64,000 nt of DNA from Thermoanaerobaculia bacterium. Its GTDB lineage: Bacteria > Acidobacteriota > Thermoanaerobaculia > UBA5066. Shown here in pieces: positions 1 to 8,954 of the stretch (position 1 is its first letter; the number at the start of each line of letters is the position of its first letter). Both the position numbers and the translations under genes were made by a program. The DNA lies in assembly GCA_963816185.1 (NCBI GenBank), contig CAWFJJ010000021.1, positions 53,269 through 117,268 on the forward strand. The letters run 5' to 3'. The notes beneath the pieces are model-generated. The model did not search any database. It was not told the origin of the DNA and saw only the letters and a list, made by a program, of their open reading frames with translations.

Positions 1-1567
1 TCCCGATCGACTCGGCGACCTTCTTCTTCGCCGCGAGCGAGCCGGCGATGCCGAGGAGCGGGATGATCATCAGGAATCGCCCGAAGAACATCGCGATGCC
101 GAGCGCCACGTTGTAGAAATCCGTGTTCGCGTTGAGGCCGGCGAACGCGCTGCCGTTGTTCCCGGTGGCGCTCGTGAAGGCGTAGAGGATCTCGGACAGC
201 CCGTGGGGTCCCTGGTTGTTCAGGCTTGCGAGGCCGGCTTTCGACGCGACTCCGAGCGCCGTCCCGACGAGGATGGAGAACGTCAGGATGAGGACGGAGA
301 GCATCGCGAGCTTCACTTCGTGCGCCTCGATCTTCTTGCCGAGGTACTCGGGCGTTCGCCCGACCATGAGGCCGGCGATGAAGACGGAGAGCACCACGAA
401 AAGCAGCATTCCGTAGAGCCCGGCGCCGACTCCGCCGAAGATGATCTCGCCGAGCTGGATGTTCAGGAGCGGCACGAGGCCGCCGAGCGGCGTGAAGGAG
501 TCGTGCATCGAGTTGACCGCGCCGCACGAGGCGTCGGTCGTGATCGTGGCGAAGAGGGCAGAGTCCGCCGGCCCGAACCGGACCTCCTTGCCTTCCATGT
601 TTCCCATCGCGGCCGAGACCCCGAGCCCGTGATGGATCGGGTTGCCGCGCACCTCGAAGAAGCCGGCCGTCAGCGCCCCGATGAGGAACAGGATCGCCAT
701 GGACCAGAAGACGGCCCAGCCGTGGCGGGTCTTGCCGGTCATCGAGCCGAGCGTGTACGTCAGCCCGCCTCCGATCGAGAAGATGAGAACCATCTCGAAG
801 AGATTCGTGAAGGGCGTCGGGTTCTCATACGGGTGCGCCGAGTTCGCGTTCACGAAGCCGCCGCCGTTCGTCCCGAGCTCCTTGATGGACTCCTGCGAGG
901 CGATGGGGCCCTGCGGGATCTTCTGGATCGCGCCTTCGAGCGTCGTCACGGCCTCGGAGGACTTGAAGTTCTGGATGACGCCCTGCGACATGAGGACGAT
1001 CGCGCCGGCGAAGCTGATCGGCAGGAGCACCCAGAGCGTTGCGCGCACGAGGTCGGACCAGAAGTTGCCGATGCCCTTCGACTCCGTTCGCGCGACCCCT
1101 CTCACGAAGGCGATCGCGATCGCGATGCCCGTGGCCGCCGACGCGAAGTTGTGGACGGCGAGCCCCGCCATCTGGGTGAACAGCGACATCGTCGATTCGC
1201 CCGAGTAGGCCTGCCAGTTCGTGTTCGTCGTGAACGAGACCGCCGTGCTCCAGGCGAGAGCGGCCGGGACGGCCGCCATCTTGTCGGGGTTCAGCGGCAG
1301 GAGATGCTGCAGGCGCTCCATCGCGTAGAGCACGACGAGGCTGACGACGTTGAAGATCATCATCGAGCCCGCGTACGCGACGAACCCCTGCTCCTTCGAG
1401 GCGTCGACGCCGCCGATGCGGTAGAGAAGGCGTTCGAGCGGAGCGAGCACCCCGTCCAGGAAAGTCTTCTCCTTCGAGAAGACCTTCTTCATGTAGACCC
1501 CGATCGGCTTGACGAGCGCGAGGACGATGAGGAAATAGATGCCGGTTTTCAGAACGACGTCGAGCAT
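1..1567 (-). CDS. kdpA: Potassium-transporting ATPase subunit A (3' end runs off the window)
   Basis: Manual minus-strand translation from ATG 1567 (not in the ORF track): MLDVVLKTGIYF...FTTNTNWQAYSGE...KELGTNGGGFVNANSAHPYENP...GRTPEYLGKKIE...NNGSAFAGL, all hallmark KdpA motifs. Confidence 0.97.
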   Translation of the reverse strand, partial: MLDVVLKTGIYFLIVLALVKPIGVYMKKVFSKEKTFLDGVLAPLERLLYRIGGVDASKEQGFVAYAGSMMIFNVVSLVVLYAMERLQHLLPLNPDKMAAVPAALAWSTAVSFTTNTNWQAYSGESTMSLFTQMAGLAVHNFASAATGIAIAIAFVRGVARTESKGIGNFWSDLVRATLWVLLPISFAGAIVLMSQGVIQNFKSSEAVTTLEGAIQKIPQGPIASQESIKELGTNGGGFVNANSAHPYENPTPFTNLFEMVLIFSIGGGLTYTLGSMTGKTRHGWAVFWSMAILFLIGALTAGFFEVRGNPIHHGLGVSAAMGNMEGKEVRFGPADSALFATITTDASCGAVNSMHDSFTPLGGLVPLLNIQLGEIIFGGVGAGLYGMLLFVVLSVFIAGLMVGRTPEYLGKKIEAHEVKLAMLSVLILTFSILVGTALGVASKAGLASLNNQGPHGLSEILYAFTSATGNNGSAFAGLNANTDFYNVALGIAMFFGRFLMIIPLLGIAGSLAAKKKVAESIG

Positions 1568-1574
1568 GGCGTTT

Positions 1575-1664
1575 TCACAGCTTCTCGGGCTTCAGGAGCG
1601 CGTAAAGGAGATAGGCGAGGGCGGCGACGGCGAGGACGAGGCCGAGGGTGGCTTCGAATGACAT
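1575..1664 (-). CDS. kdpF: K+-transporting ATPase small subunit F (29 aa)
   Basis: MSFEATLGLVLAVAALAYLLYALLKPEKL; single TM with the KdpF YLxYALLxPE signature, directly upstream of kdpA. Confidence 0.92.
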   Translation of the reverse strand: MSFEATLGLVLAVAALAYLLYALLKPEKL

Positions 1665-1675
1665 GTCGGCCCCGT

Positions 1676-1759
1676 TCAGATCTCGTCGCAGCGCTTGACG
1701 TACCAGAGCGACAGCGCCAGGAGACCGAGCGTCAGGAGGAGGAAGAGGGCGTCGAGCAT
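1676..1759 (-). CDS. Small hydrophobic kdp-associated peptide (27 aa)
   Basis: MLDALFLLLTLGLLALSLWYVKRCDEI; SD-like GGGAG upstream; between the porin gene and kdpF. Confidence 0.75.
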   Translation of the reverse strand: MLDALFLLLTLGLLALSLWYVKRCDEI

Positions 1760-1773
1760 GGATGGTTCTCCCT

Positions 1774-3222
1774 TCAAAAGAAGTAGAGCGCGTTCAGAAG
1801 GACGGTCGGCTGCTGCTTCTTCGTGAGAGCCCCGTCCCGGTCCTCGAAGACCTCCTTGTCGGAGAAGTCGACGCGAAGGTCGCCGCGGAGAACGACGTGG
1901 GAGCCCACCTTTAGCTCCGGCGTAAGAGTCGCTCCCTTGAGCTTCTGCACGACTCCCGTCCGCGCGCCGTCGCGGTCGTTGAAGTATTCACCCCTGAGAA
2001 TGAGCGCGAATGAGTCGGTGAGGCCGAACCGCGCGTAGCCCACGATCCCGTTCCACATCGCGGTCTCGCCTTGCGTCACGGCGTTCGGCTCGGTCCCGTA
2101 GACCGTGTCCACGGTGAGAACCGTCCGGTCCGTGACCTTCCACTGGGCGTTGACGTCGACTACGTTGCGGGCGTCGCGGTTGTTGCCGGTGCGCTCGGGC
2201 CCCCACATGTAGTTGGCGATGACCGTGACCGTCTTGGACGCTGTCCAGGTGAGCTGACCGCCGACCGACTTGCTGCTGTTGTTATCCTTCGCGTTGTCCC
2301 AGCCGTTGGCGATCATCAGCATCGCGGAGATCTGGTCGCTGAACGTGTAGCTGGCTTTGATCCCGGTGTGCGTGAAGGGGATCGCGAACCCGAAGAGGAA
2401 GGAGCGTGTGGCGTTGTCGTTGTAGCCGTCGTATCCGTCGATGACCTCGTAGCCGTGGTTCGTGACGTACTTCCCGACGTCGAGGCGCAGGCCGCTCCCG
2501 ACCGGGGCGATCCAGCTGACGAAGGCCTGTTTGAGGTCGAAGTCCTGGCCCTGGAAGAGCCCGTACGCGGCGGAGACGCGTGGAATGGAGGAGCCGGCTT
2601 CCGCATCGACGCGGAAGCCTGTTTCGCCCGGCTTTGACACGGCCTTCTGGAGGACGAGCTCGGCCACGTCCACCTTGAACGAGTTGTCGTCGAAATCGAA
2701 AACCCGGAACTGGTTCGTGCCCGAGGCCGGGCGATTCGTGTTGTACGAGTAGCTGGTGGAGAGGAACCCGTTCACGGCGATCTCCTCGTACCAGGGTTTC
2801 GGTGGCGGAGTCGGAGCTGGCGTGGGCGTCGGCGAGGGTGTCGTTGTCGCCTGCGGCGCCGATTCCTGCGCGAGCGAGGGACTTTCGACGGCGGTGAAGA
2901 CGGCGACGAGCGCCGCGGCCGCGACGACGTGATTGCGGTCGACGGGCTCTCCCGTCTTTCGGAGACGCGGTTCCTTCCGGATCTCGCCGTCGGGTCCCGG
3001 CCTTCCCTCGATGAGGACTTTCGGCAGGGCGATCCGGTGTAGCGCTCGGGCGAAGAAGAACACGTAGCCCCCGAACCCCGCAATGCCGAACACGAGCCGG
3101 ACCGCCCCCTCGAACGAAACGGCGAGGAGGGCTCCGCCGCCGAGGAAGGCGAGTGAGGTGCCGATCAGACCGAGAATCGAGCGGAGAGATTGCCGCCGGG
3201 AGCTAAGTGCAGAGTTTTTCAC
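1774..3222 (-). CDS. Outer-membrane beta-barrel porin (BBP2/OmpL-like) with N-terminal membrane extension
   Basis: Motifs GxxSxSYxxNxN, DVGKYVTNHGYEVID, PFTHTG, NGWD, RGEYFND; amphipathic strands; aromatic C-terminus LYFF; first gene of the kdp operon. Confidence 0.8.
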   Translation of the reverse strand: MKNSALSSRRQSLRSILGLIGTSLAFLGGGALLAVSFEGAVRLVFGIAGFGGYVFFFARALHRIALPKVLIEGRPGPDGEIRKEPRLRKTGEPVDRNHVVAAAALVAVFTAVESPSLAQESAPQATTTPSPTPTPAPTPPPKPWYEEIAVNGFLSTSYSYNTNRPASGTNQFRVFDFDDNSFKVDVAELVLQKAVSKPGETGFRVDAEAGSSIPRVSAAYGLFQGQDFDLKQAFVSWIAPVGSGLRLDVGKYVTNHGYEVIDGYDGYNDNATRSFLFGFAIPFTHTGIKASYTFSDQISAMLMIANGWDNAKDNNSSKSVGGQLTWTASKTVTVIANYMWGPERTGNNRDARNVVDVNAQWKVTDRTVLTVDTVYGTEPNAVTQGETAMWNGIVGYARFGLTDSFALILRGEYFNDRDGARTGVVQKLKGATLTPELKVGSHVVLRGDLRVDFSDKEVFEDRDGALTKKQQPTVLLNALYFF

Positions 3223-3245
3223 GGGGGGGAACGTGCCTCCCGGAC

Positions 3246-3287
3246 TCCAAGGAAGTCCGGAAAGACGTCTAAAGAAGTTCTAAAGAA
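3246..3287 (-). promoter_or_regulatory. 11-bp-phased direct repeats, probable KdpE (OmpR-family) binding site
   Basis: TCTAAAGAA at 3268 and 3279 plus TCCAAGGAA at 3246 (same 11-bp phase), upstream of a weak -10 (CACGTT, 3235-3230) lying 7 nt before the GTG at 3222. Confidence 0.6.
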
Positions 3288-3342
3288 ATGCAATCACTGG
3301 ACTAGACTCCCGCGGTGCTGCAGCAGAGATGGATGAACTGAG

Positions 3343-5322
3343 TTGTCTTCTGAACGCAACTCACTGACCCGCCTCGTCCTAGGGAAGCCCCGGGACGTCA
3401 ACGATCCGAAGATTTTTCACCGGGTTTCGCTTGTCGCGTTTCTTGCGTGGGTGGGGCTCGGCGCCGACGGACTTTCGTCGTCGGCATACGGACCCGACGA
3501 GGCTTTCCGGGCGCTCGGCGGCCACCGCTCGCTCGCGATCGTGCTCGTCGCGATGACAGCGATCACGATCGCCGTCATCTCGATCGCCTACTCGAACCTC
3601 ATCCAGCATTTCCCGGGCGGCGGCGGCGGGTACCTCGTCGCGACAAAACTCCTCGGCCGGAAGGCCGGGGTCGTCTCGGGTTGCGCTCTACTCGTGGACT
3701 ACGTCCTCACGATCACCGTGTCGATCGCCTCGGCATGCGACCAGGTCTGGAACTTCCTCGGGCCCGGGATGGCGCACTACAAGATGATCGCGGAGATCGC
3801 CGCGCTCATCTTCCTGATCGTCCTGAACCTCAGGGGCGTCAAGGAGTCCGTCACGTTCCTCGCGCCGATCTTCCTCGTCTTCATCGGGACGCACGCGTTC
3901 GCGATCCTGTACGTGTTTGCCGCCAATGCGACCGGCCTGCCGGAAGTGTTCGCCGGCGCCGCTCGGGAATACCATGCCTCGGCGGCGACGATTGGATTCT
4001 GGCCGCTCGCGTTCGTTCTTCTCCGCGCGTACTCGATGGGCGGCGGCACCTACACCGGTATCGAAGCCGTGTCGAACGGTGTGACGATGCTCCGCGAGCC
4101 GCGCGTGAAGACCGGCAAACACACGATGTTTCTCATGGCGGCGTCGCTGGCCTTTACCGCGGGAGGCATCCTGTTCGGCTATCTTCTCGTCGGAGCGCGC
4201 GCGCAACAGGGAAAGACGATGAACTTCGTCCTCTTCGACGCGCTCTTCGGGCATTGGAAGGTCGGAGGCATCGCCGTCGGGACGGCGTTCGTCCTCACGC
4301 TCCTCGTCGCGGAGGCGGCGCTCCTCTTCGTGGCGGCGCAGACGGGCTTCCTCGACGGGCCGCGCGTCCTCGGAAACATGGCTCTCGATTCCTGGATGCC
4401 GCATCGCTTCGCGCAGCTCTCGGACCGGCTCGTCACGAAGAACGGCGTCTTCCTGATGGGTCTTGCGGCGATCGCGGCGCTTCTCTATACGCGCGGCGAC
4501 ATCACGATGCTCGTCGTCATGTACTCGATCAACGTCTTCATCACGTTCTCGCTCACCGAGCTCGGCATGTCGCGTCACTGGATCGTGGACCGGCACAAGG
4601 AACCCCGCTGGAAGAGCCAACTCGCGATCCACGGCACCGGCCTCGTCATGTGCCTCACGATCCTTTGCGTCACCCTCTACGAGAAGTTCGCGGAGGGCGG
4701 CTGGATGACGTCGCTCGTGACGAGCGCGACGATCTTCGTCTGTTTCCTCATCCGGCGGCACTACGAGAACGTGCAGCGGGACCTCAAGCGTCTCGACGAC
4801 GTCCTCGTGCCGGTTCAGCCGGTTCCGGTCGCGAAGAACGCGCTCGAGGAGCTGGACCACAGGCTCCCGACCGCGATTCTCACCGTGGACCGGTTCTCCG
4901 GCTACGGGATCCACCAGATCCTGAGCATCCACACGCTGTTCCCGAACTACTACAAGAACTTCGTCTTCGTCTCCGTGGCGGTCGTCGACTCCGGCAACTT
5001 CAAGGGCAGCGACGAGATGGGGCACCTGGAAGCCGACGCCCGGCGGAACCTCGAGATGTACGTCGCGTGGTGCCGGGAGAAGGGCTGGAACGCCGGCTAC
5101 CGGATGGCGATCGCGACGGAAGCCGTCGCGAAGGTCGTCGAAATCTGCAAGGAGCTGCGCCAGGAATTTCCGCGCTCGGTCGTGTTCAGCGGCAAGCTCG
5201 TCTTCGAGAAGGAGGATTGGTACCATCGCCTTCTGCACAACGAGACGGCGATGTCGATCCAGCGGAAGCTCCAGTTCGAGGGCGTGCAGGCGATCGTCCT
5301 TCCGGTCCGGGCCGCGGTGTGA
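3343..5322 (+). CDS. APC-superfamily permease, KimA/YdaO-like potassium transporter
   Basis: GADGLSSSAYGPDE, YxNLIxxFPGGGGGY, ALLVDYVLTITVS, TGIEAVSNG; about 12 TM plus cytoplasmic C-terminal domain (LLHNETA); inside the kdp locus. TTG start uncertain. Confidence 0.85.
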   Translation: MSSERNSLTRLVLGKPRDVNDPKIFHRVSLVAFLAWVGLGADGLSSSAYGPDEAFRALGGHRSLAIVLVAMTAITIAVISIAYSNLIQHFPGGGGGYLVATKLLGRKAGVVSGCALLVDYVLTITVSIASACDQVWNFLGPGMAHYKMIAEIAALIFLIVLNLRGVKESVTFLAPIFLVFIGTHAFAILYVFAANATGLPEVFAGAAREYHASAATIGFWPLAFVLLRAYSMGGGTYTGIEAVSNGVTMLREPRVKTGKHTMFLMAASLAFTAGGILFGYLLVGARAQQGKTMNFVLFDALFGHWKVGGIAVGTAFVLTLLVAEAALLFVAAQTGFLDGPRVLGNMALDSWMPHRFAQLSDRLVTKNGVFLMGLAAIAALLYTRGDITMLVVMYSINVFITFSLTELGMSRHWIVDRHKEPRWKSQLAIHGTGLVMCLTILCVTLYEKFAEGGWMTSLVTSATIFVCFLIRRHYENVQRDLKRLDDVLVPVQPVPVAKNALEELDHRLPTAILTVDRFSGYGIHQILSIHTLFPNYYKNFVFVSVAVVDSGNFKGSDEMGHLEADARRNLEMYVAWCREKGWNAGYRMAIATEAVAKVVEICKELRQEFPRSVVFSGKLVFEKEDWYHRLLHNETAMSIQRKLQFEGVQAIVLPVRAAV

Positions 5323-5331
5323 GCGTCTAGA

Positions 5332-6030
5332 CTAGGGTTCCGCCACGAAGCGGTACCCCACCCACGGCTCCGTGACGATGTAACGCGGGCGGGCGGGATC
5401 AGGCTCGATCTTCTTGCGCAACGAGCCCACGTGGACGCGGACGGCGTCCGGGCTCGTGCCGGGCGCGCCGTGCCAGACGCGGCCGATGATCTGGCGGATC
5501 GTGATGGGCTTGCCCGCATGGGATGCGAGGAGGTCGAGGATCGCGAGCTCGGTCGGCGTGAGGTGGACCTCTTTGCCCTCGACGACGACACGCCGCCTCT
5601 CGCGGTCCAGCGTGAGGCCCGGAAACTCGAGGACGCCGCCCGCCTCTTCCTCCGCGTGGCGCCGAAGCTGCGCCCGCACACGCGCGAGGAGCTCCTGCAC
5701 CGAGAAGGGTTTGACGACATAGTCGTCGGCGCCGAGATCCAGCGCGCGGACCTTGTCCGCGTCGCCGCCGCGCACCGACAGGACGACGACGGGGGTGGCT
5801 CCGGCGCGCCGCACGCGCCCGACGAGGTCGAAGCCGTCCGTGACGGGCATCGCGAGATCGGTCAGGACGAGGTCGGGCTCGGTTTCCTCGAAACGACGAA
5901 AGCCCTCCGCTCCGTCGGCCGCCTCAAGGACCTCGTATCCCGAGGCCGAGAGCTCGGCCGCGAGCGCCCGGCGGATCGCCGGATCGTCGTCGACGACGAG
6001 AATGCGGGCGGCCCCCGGCGCGCGCGTCAA
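5332..6030 (-). CDS. kdpE: OmpR-family response regulator KdpE
   Basis: Receiver (VVDDD, DL, KPF) plus winged helix; C-terminus LRKKIEPDPARPRYIVTEPWVGYRF typical of KdpE. Confidence 0.9.
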   Translation of the reverse strand: MTRAPGAARILVVDDDPAIRRALAAELSASGYEVLEAADGAEGFRRFEETEPDLVLTDLAMPVTDGFDLVGRVRRAGATPVVVLSVRGGDADKVRALDLGADDYVVKPFSVQELLARVRAQLRRHAEEEAGGVLEFPGLTLDRERRRVVVEGKEVHLTPTELAILDLLASHAGKPITIRQIIGRVWHGAPGTSPDAVRVHVGSLRKKIEPDPARPRYIVTEPWVGYRFVAEP

Positions 6031-7427
6031 CCGATCTCCTCGGCCGGCGCTGCGGCGGCGGGGACTTCGAAGCGTGCGATCGTGCCGCCTCCCGGACGGT
6101 CCACGAGCGCGATCGACCCGCCCAGCGCGTGCGCGAGCGACTGGCAGATCGTCAGCCCCAGCCCGGCGCGGCCGGCATCGCCCGGCGCACCGCCCGCAGC
6201 GGCGCGCTTCACGTCGGGGGAGACGCCTGAACCGCGGTCGAGGACGTCGAGGCGGACGCGCGCGGCGTCACGCGGGCTCGGCGCGGCCGCCAGCTCCAGC
6301 GTCCCGGATGGGGCCGCGCGCGAGGCGTTTTCCAGAAGGTTCGCGAGGATCTCGACCGCGAGCGTCGGATCCACGTAAAGGTCCGGCGTCTGGGGCGCCA
6401 CGAAGACATCCACGGCGCGCCCCGCGAGGGCGAGCGGGAGGGCGTCGAGCGTCGCCCGGAACAGGTCTGCCGCAGGCGTCGGCTCGGGGTGCGGCACGAA
6501 CGTGCCCGCGTCGAGGCGCGCCATCGCGAGGAGGTTGTCGATCCGACGCGAAAGGCGCTCGGTCTCTCGTGCCACGTCCTCGACGATTTTCGCGGTCTCC
6601 GCGGGGAATCGCTTCAGGCGGTCGAGCCCGAGGCGAATGGACGTGATCGGCGTCCTCAGGTCGTGGGACACGGCGCGCAGGAGCGAGGTCTTGAGGGCGT
6701 CGCTCTCTTTGAGGGCGTCGAGGTGCGCCCGCTCCCCCAGGAACCGCTCCCGCTCGACGGCCAACGCCACCAGCCGTCCGACCGACTCCAGGGCGCCGCG
6801 GTCTGCGCGGGTCCCCCGGACGACGAGAACACCGCTGGTCTTCCCGCCGACGGCCAAAGGAAGATAGACGTCGCGCGCGCCACCCTCCGCGGGCACCTCG
6901 GCGGTCTCGCCGCGTCGTCCGACGGTCTCCACGAGCGGATCCTCGGCATGGAGGGCGTTCTCGCCCATCACGCCGACGATTTCTGCCCGGGTGGCCTCGT
7001 TGCGAAAGAGGGCGAGCCCGCCGGCCCGGGCCCCGAGCGTCTTCAGAGCTTTCCCCGCCGCCTCGCCGAGGGCCCCGACGCGGTTCGTGGCCGTGAAAAG
7101 GTCGATCGAGAGATCGTAGAGCGCCTCGATCTCCGCGCGCCGGGCGTCTGCGTCGGCGGCGCGCTGCTGCTCCCGTGCCACGAGCCGGCTCACGACGACG
7201 GACGTAATGAGAAAAGCGGCCAGGGCGACCCAATTCGCGGGGTCGGCGATCGTAAACGTGCCGATGGGGGGCAGGAAGAAGAAGTTGTAGCAGGCGGTCG
7301 CGGCGAGCGACGCGACGGTCGAGGCCACGAGGCCGAGCCTCAACGCGGCCAGGAGAACGACGACGAGGAAGACGAAACCGATCGTCGTGGCGTTGGCTCC
7401 CGTGAGCCGTCCGAGCGCCGTCGTCAC
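6027..7427 (-). CDS. kdpD: KdpD-like sensor kinase (DUF4118 TM, GAF, HisKA, HATPase) lacking N-terminal KdpD/Usp domains
   Basis: YNFFFLPPIGTFTIADPANW, SHDLRTP, NLLENA, DRGSG, GLGL; 4-nt overlap with kdpE. Confidence 0.85.
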   Translation of the reverse strand: MTTALGRLTGANATTIGFVFLVVVLLAALRLGLVASTVASLAATACYNFFFLPPIGTFTIADPANWVALAAFLITSVVVSRLVAREQQRAADADARRAEIEALYDLSIDLFTATNRVGALGEAAGKALKTLGARAGGLALFRNEATRAEIVGVMGENALHAEDPLVETVGRRGETAEVPAEGGARDVYLPLAVGGKTSGVLVVRGTRADRGALESVGRLVALAVERERFLGERAHLDALKESDALKTSLLRAVSHDLRTPITSIRLGLDRLKRFPAETAKIVEDVARETERLSRRIDNLLAMARLDAGTFVPHPEPTPAADLFRATLDALPLALAGRAVDVFVAPQTPDLYVDPTLAVEILANLLENASRAAPSGTLELAAAPSPRDAARVRLDVLDRGSGVSPDVKRAAAGGAPGDAGRAGLGLTICQSLAHALGGSIALVDRPGGGTIARFEVPAAAAPAEEIG

Positions 7428-7467
7428 GGCGACGGCGGCGAGCGCCGCCGCCGCCCGCGCAACTCCT

Positions 7468-8877
7468 CTAGCCGTGGATGTTGTGGCCGTGGACCGCCTC
7501 CGCCGCCTCGTGCATGGCTTCCGACAGCGTCGGGTGCGCGTGGATCGTGCGAATCATCTCCTCGGTCGTCGCTTCGAGGCGCAGGAGGGCGCCGCCCTCC
7601 GCGATGAGCTCGGTGGCATGCGGGCCGACGATGTGGACGCCGAGGATCTCATCGTACTTCGCGTCGGAAACGATCTTCACGAAGCCTTCCTGCGACGGCT
7701 CCATCATCGTCTTGGCGAGGACCGAGAAGTTGAACTTTCCGGTCTTCACGACGTAGCCGCGCTCTTTCGCCTTCGCTTCGCTGAGACCGATCGACGCGAC
7801 TTCGGGGTCGCAGTACGTGCAGCCCGGCACCTGGTCGCGGTTCACGGGCACCGTCGGATGGCCGGCCATCGTCTCGGCGGCCACGATGCCTTCGGCGGAC
7901 GCGACGTGCGCGAGCCAGATCGTGGGCGTGACGTCCCCGATCGCCCAGACGCCCGGCACGTTCGTGCGCTGGTTTGCGTCCACCTTCACGTAACCGCGGT
8001 CCGTCGCGACGCCCACGGCCTCGAGGCCGAGCCCCTCGGAGAGCGGCTTGCGGCCGACGGCGAGGAGCACTTTCTCGACGGACCACGACAGCGGGCCGCC
8101 GTCCGGCCCCTTCGCCTTCACCGTGACCGTCCCGTCCCCGTTCGGCGCCACGGACTCGACGCCCGTCTTCGTGCGCACCTCGATGCCGTGCTTCTTGAAG
8201 ACGCGCTCGACCTCTTTCGAGATCTCCTCGTCCTCCACGGGCAGGACGCGCGGCAGGACCTCGACGAGGACGGTCTTCGTGCCGTACCGCGAGAAGCAGG
8301 ACGCGAACTCGGCGCCCACCGCCCCCGAGCCGATCACGAGGAGCGACCTCGGGATCGACTGCGACTTCAGGATGTGGTCCGAGTTCAGGACGCTCTCGCC
8401 GTCGGCCTTGAGGAGCGGCAGGTCGCGGGGCACCGAGCCGGTTGCGATGAGGACGTTCTTCGTGTCCAGCTTGGTCTCGCCCGCGTCGCCTTTCACCGCG
8501 ACCTCGTGCGGCGAGACGATGCGCCCGAGCCCCGCGTGGACGTCGACCTTGTGTTTCTTCATGAGGTATTCGACGCCCTTGGCTCCCCGAAAGACGACCT
8601 TGTCGCGGAACTTCACCACGCCCGGAAAGTCGAGCTCGACGCCGGCGGCTCTCACGCCGAAGTCTGCGGCGCGGTTCTTCGCCTCGTCGTACAAAGAGGC
8701 CGACTTGAGCATCGCCTTCGTGGGGATGCAGCCTCGGTGAAGGCAGTTGCCGCCGAGTCCCACGTTCGAAACTTTAGCGTCTCTTTCGACGATCGCGGTC
8801 CTGAGGCCGAGCTGGGAGGCCCGGACGGCGGCGACGTAGCCGCCCGGTCCCGAGCCGATGACGACCAGGTCGTACAT
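7468..8877 (-). CDS. lpdA: Dihydrolipoyl dehydrogenase
   Basis: GSGPGG, redox CLHRGC, GSGAVG, HAHPTLSE; GGAG SD and TATAAT (8943-8938) upstream. Confidence 0.96.
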   Translation of the reverse strand: MYDLVVIGSGPGGYVAAVRASQLGLRTAIVERDAKVSNVGLGGNCLHRGCIPTKAMLKSASLYDEAKNRAADFGVRAAGVELDFPGVVKFRDKVVFRGAKGVEYLMKKHKVDVHAGLGRIVSPHEVAVKGDAGETKLDTKNVLIATGSVPRDLPLLKADGESVLNSDHILKSQSIPRSLLVIGSGAVGAEFASCFSRYGTKTVLVEVLPRVLPVEDEEISKEVERVFKKHGIEVRTKTGVESVAPNGDGTVTVKAKGPDGGPLSWSVEKVLLAVGRKPLSEGLGLEAVGVATDRGYVKVDANQRTNVPGVWAIGDVTPTIWLAHVASAEGIVAAETMAGHPTVPVNRDQVPGCTYCDPEVASIGLSEAKAKERGYVVKTGKFNFSVLAKTMMEPSQEGFVKIVSDAKYDEILGVHIVGPHATELIAEGGALLRLEATTEEMIRTIHAHPTLSEAMHEAAEAVHGHNIHG

Positions 8878-8954
8878 TCCAATCTCCTATAGGTCCGGCC
8901 GGCGCACGTGCGCGGAGGCGGCGCCGGAGCGAACGGAATTATAGGGGGAGTCTC

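Noticed and set aside
203-1786. 527-aa plus-strand ORF
   Set aside because: Antisense shadow of kdpA/kdpF; the real genes are on the minus strand.
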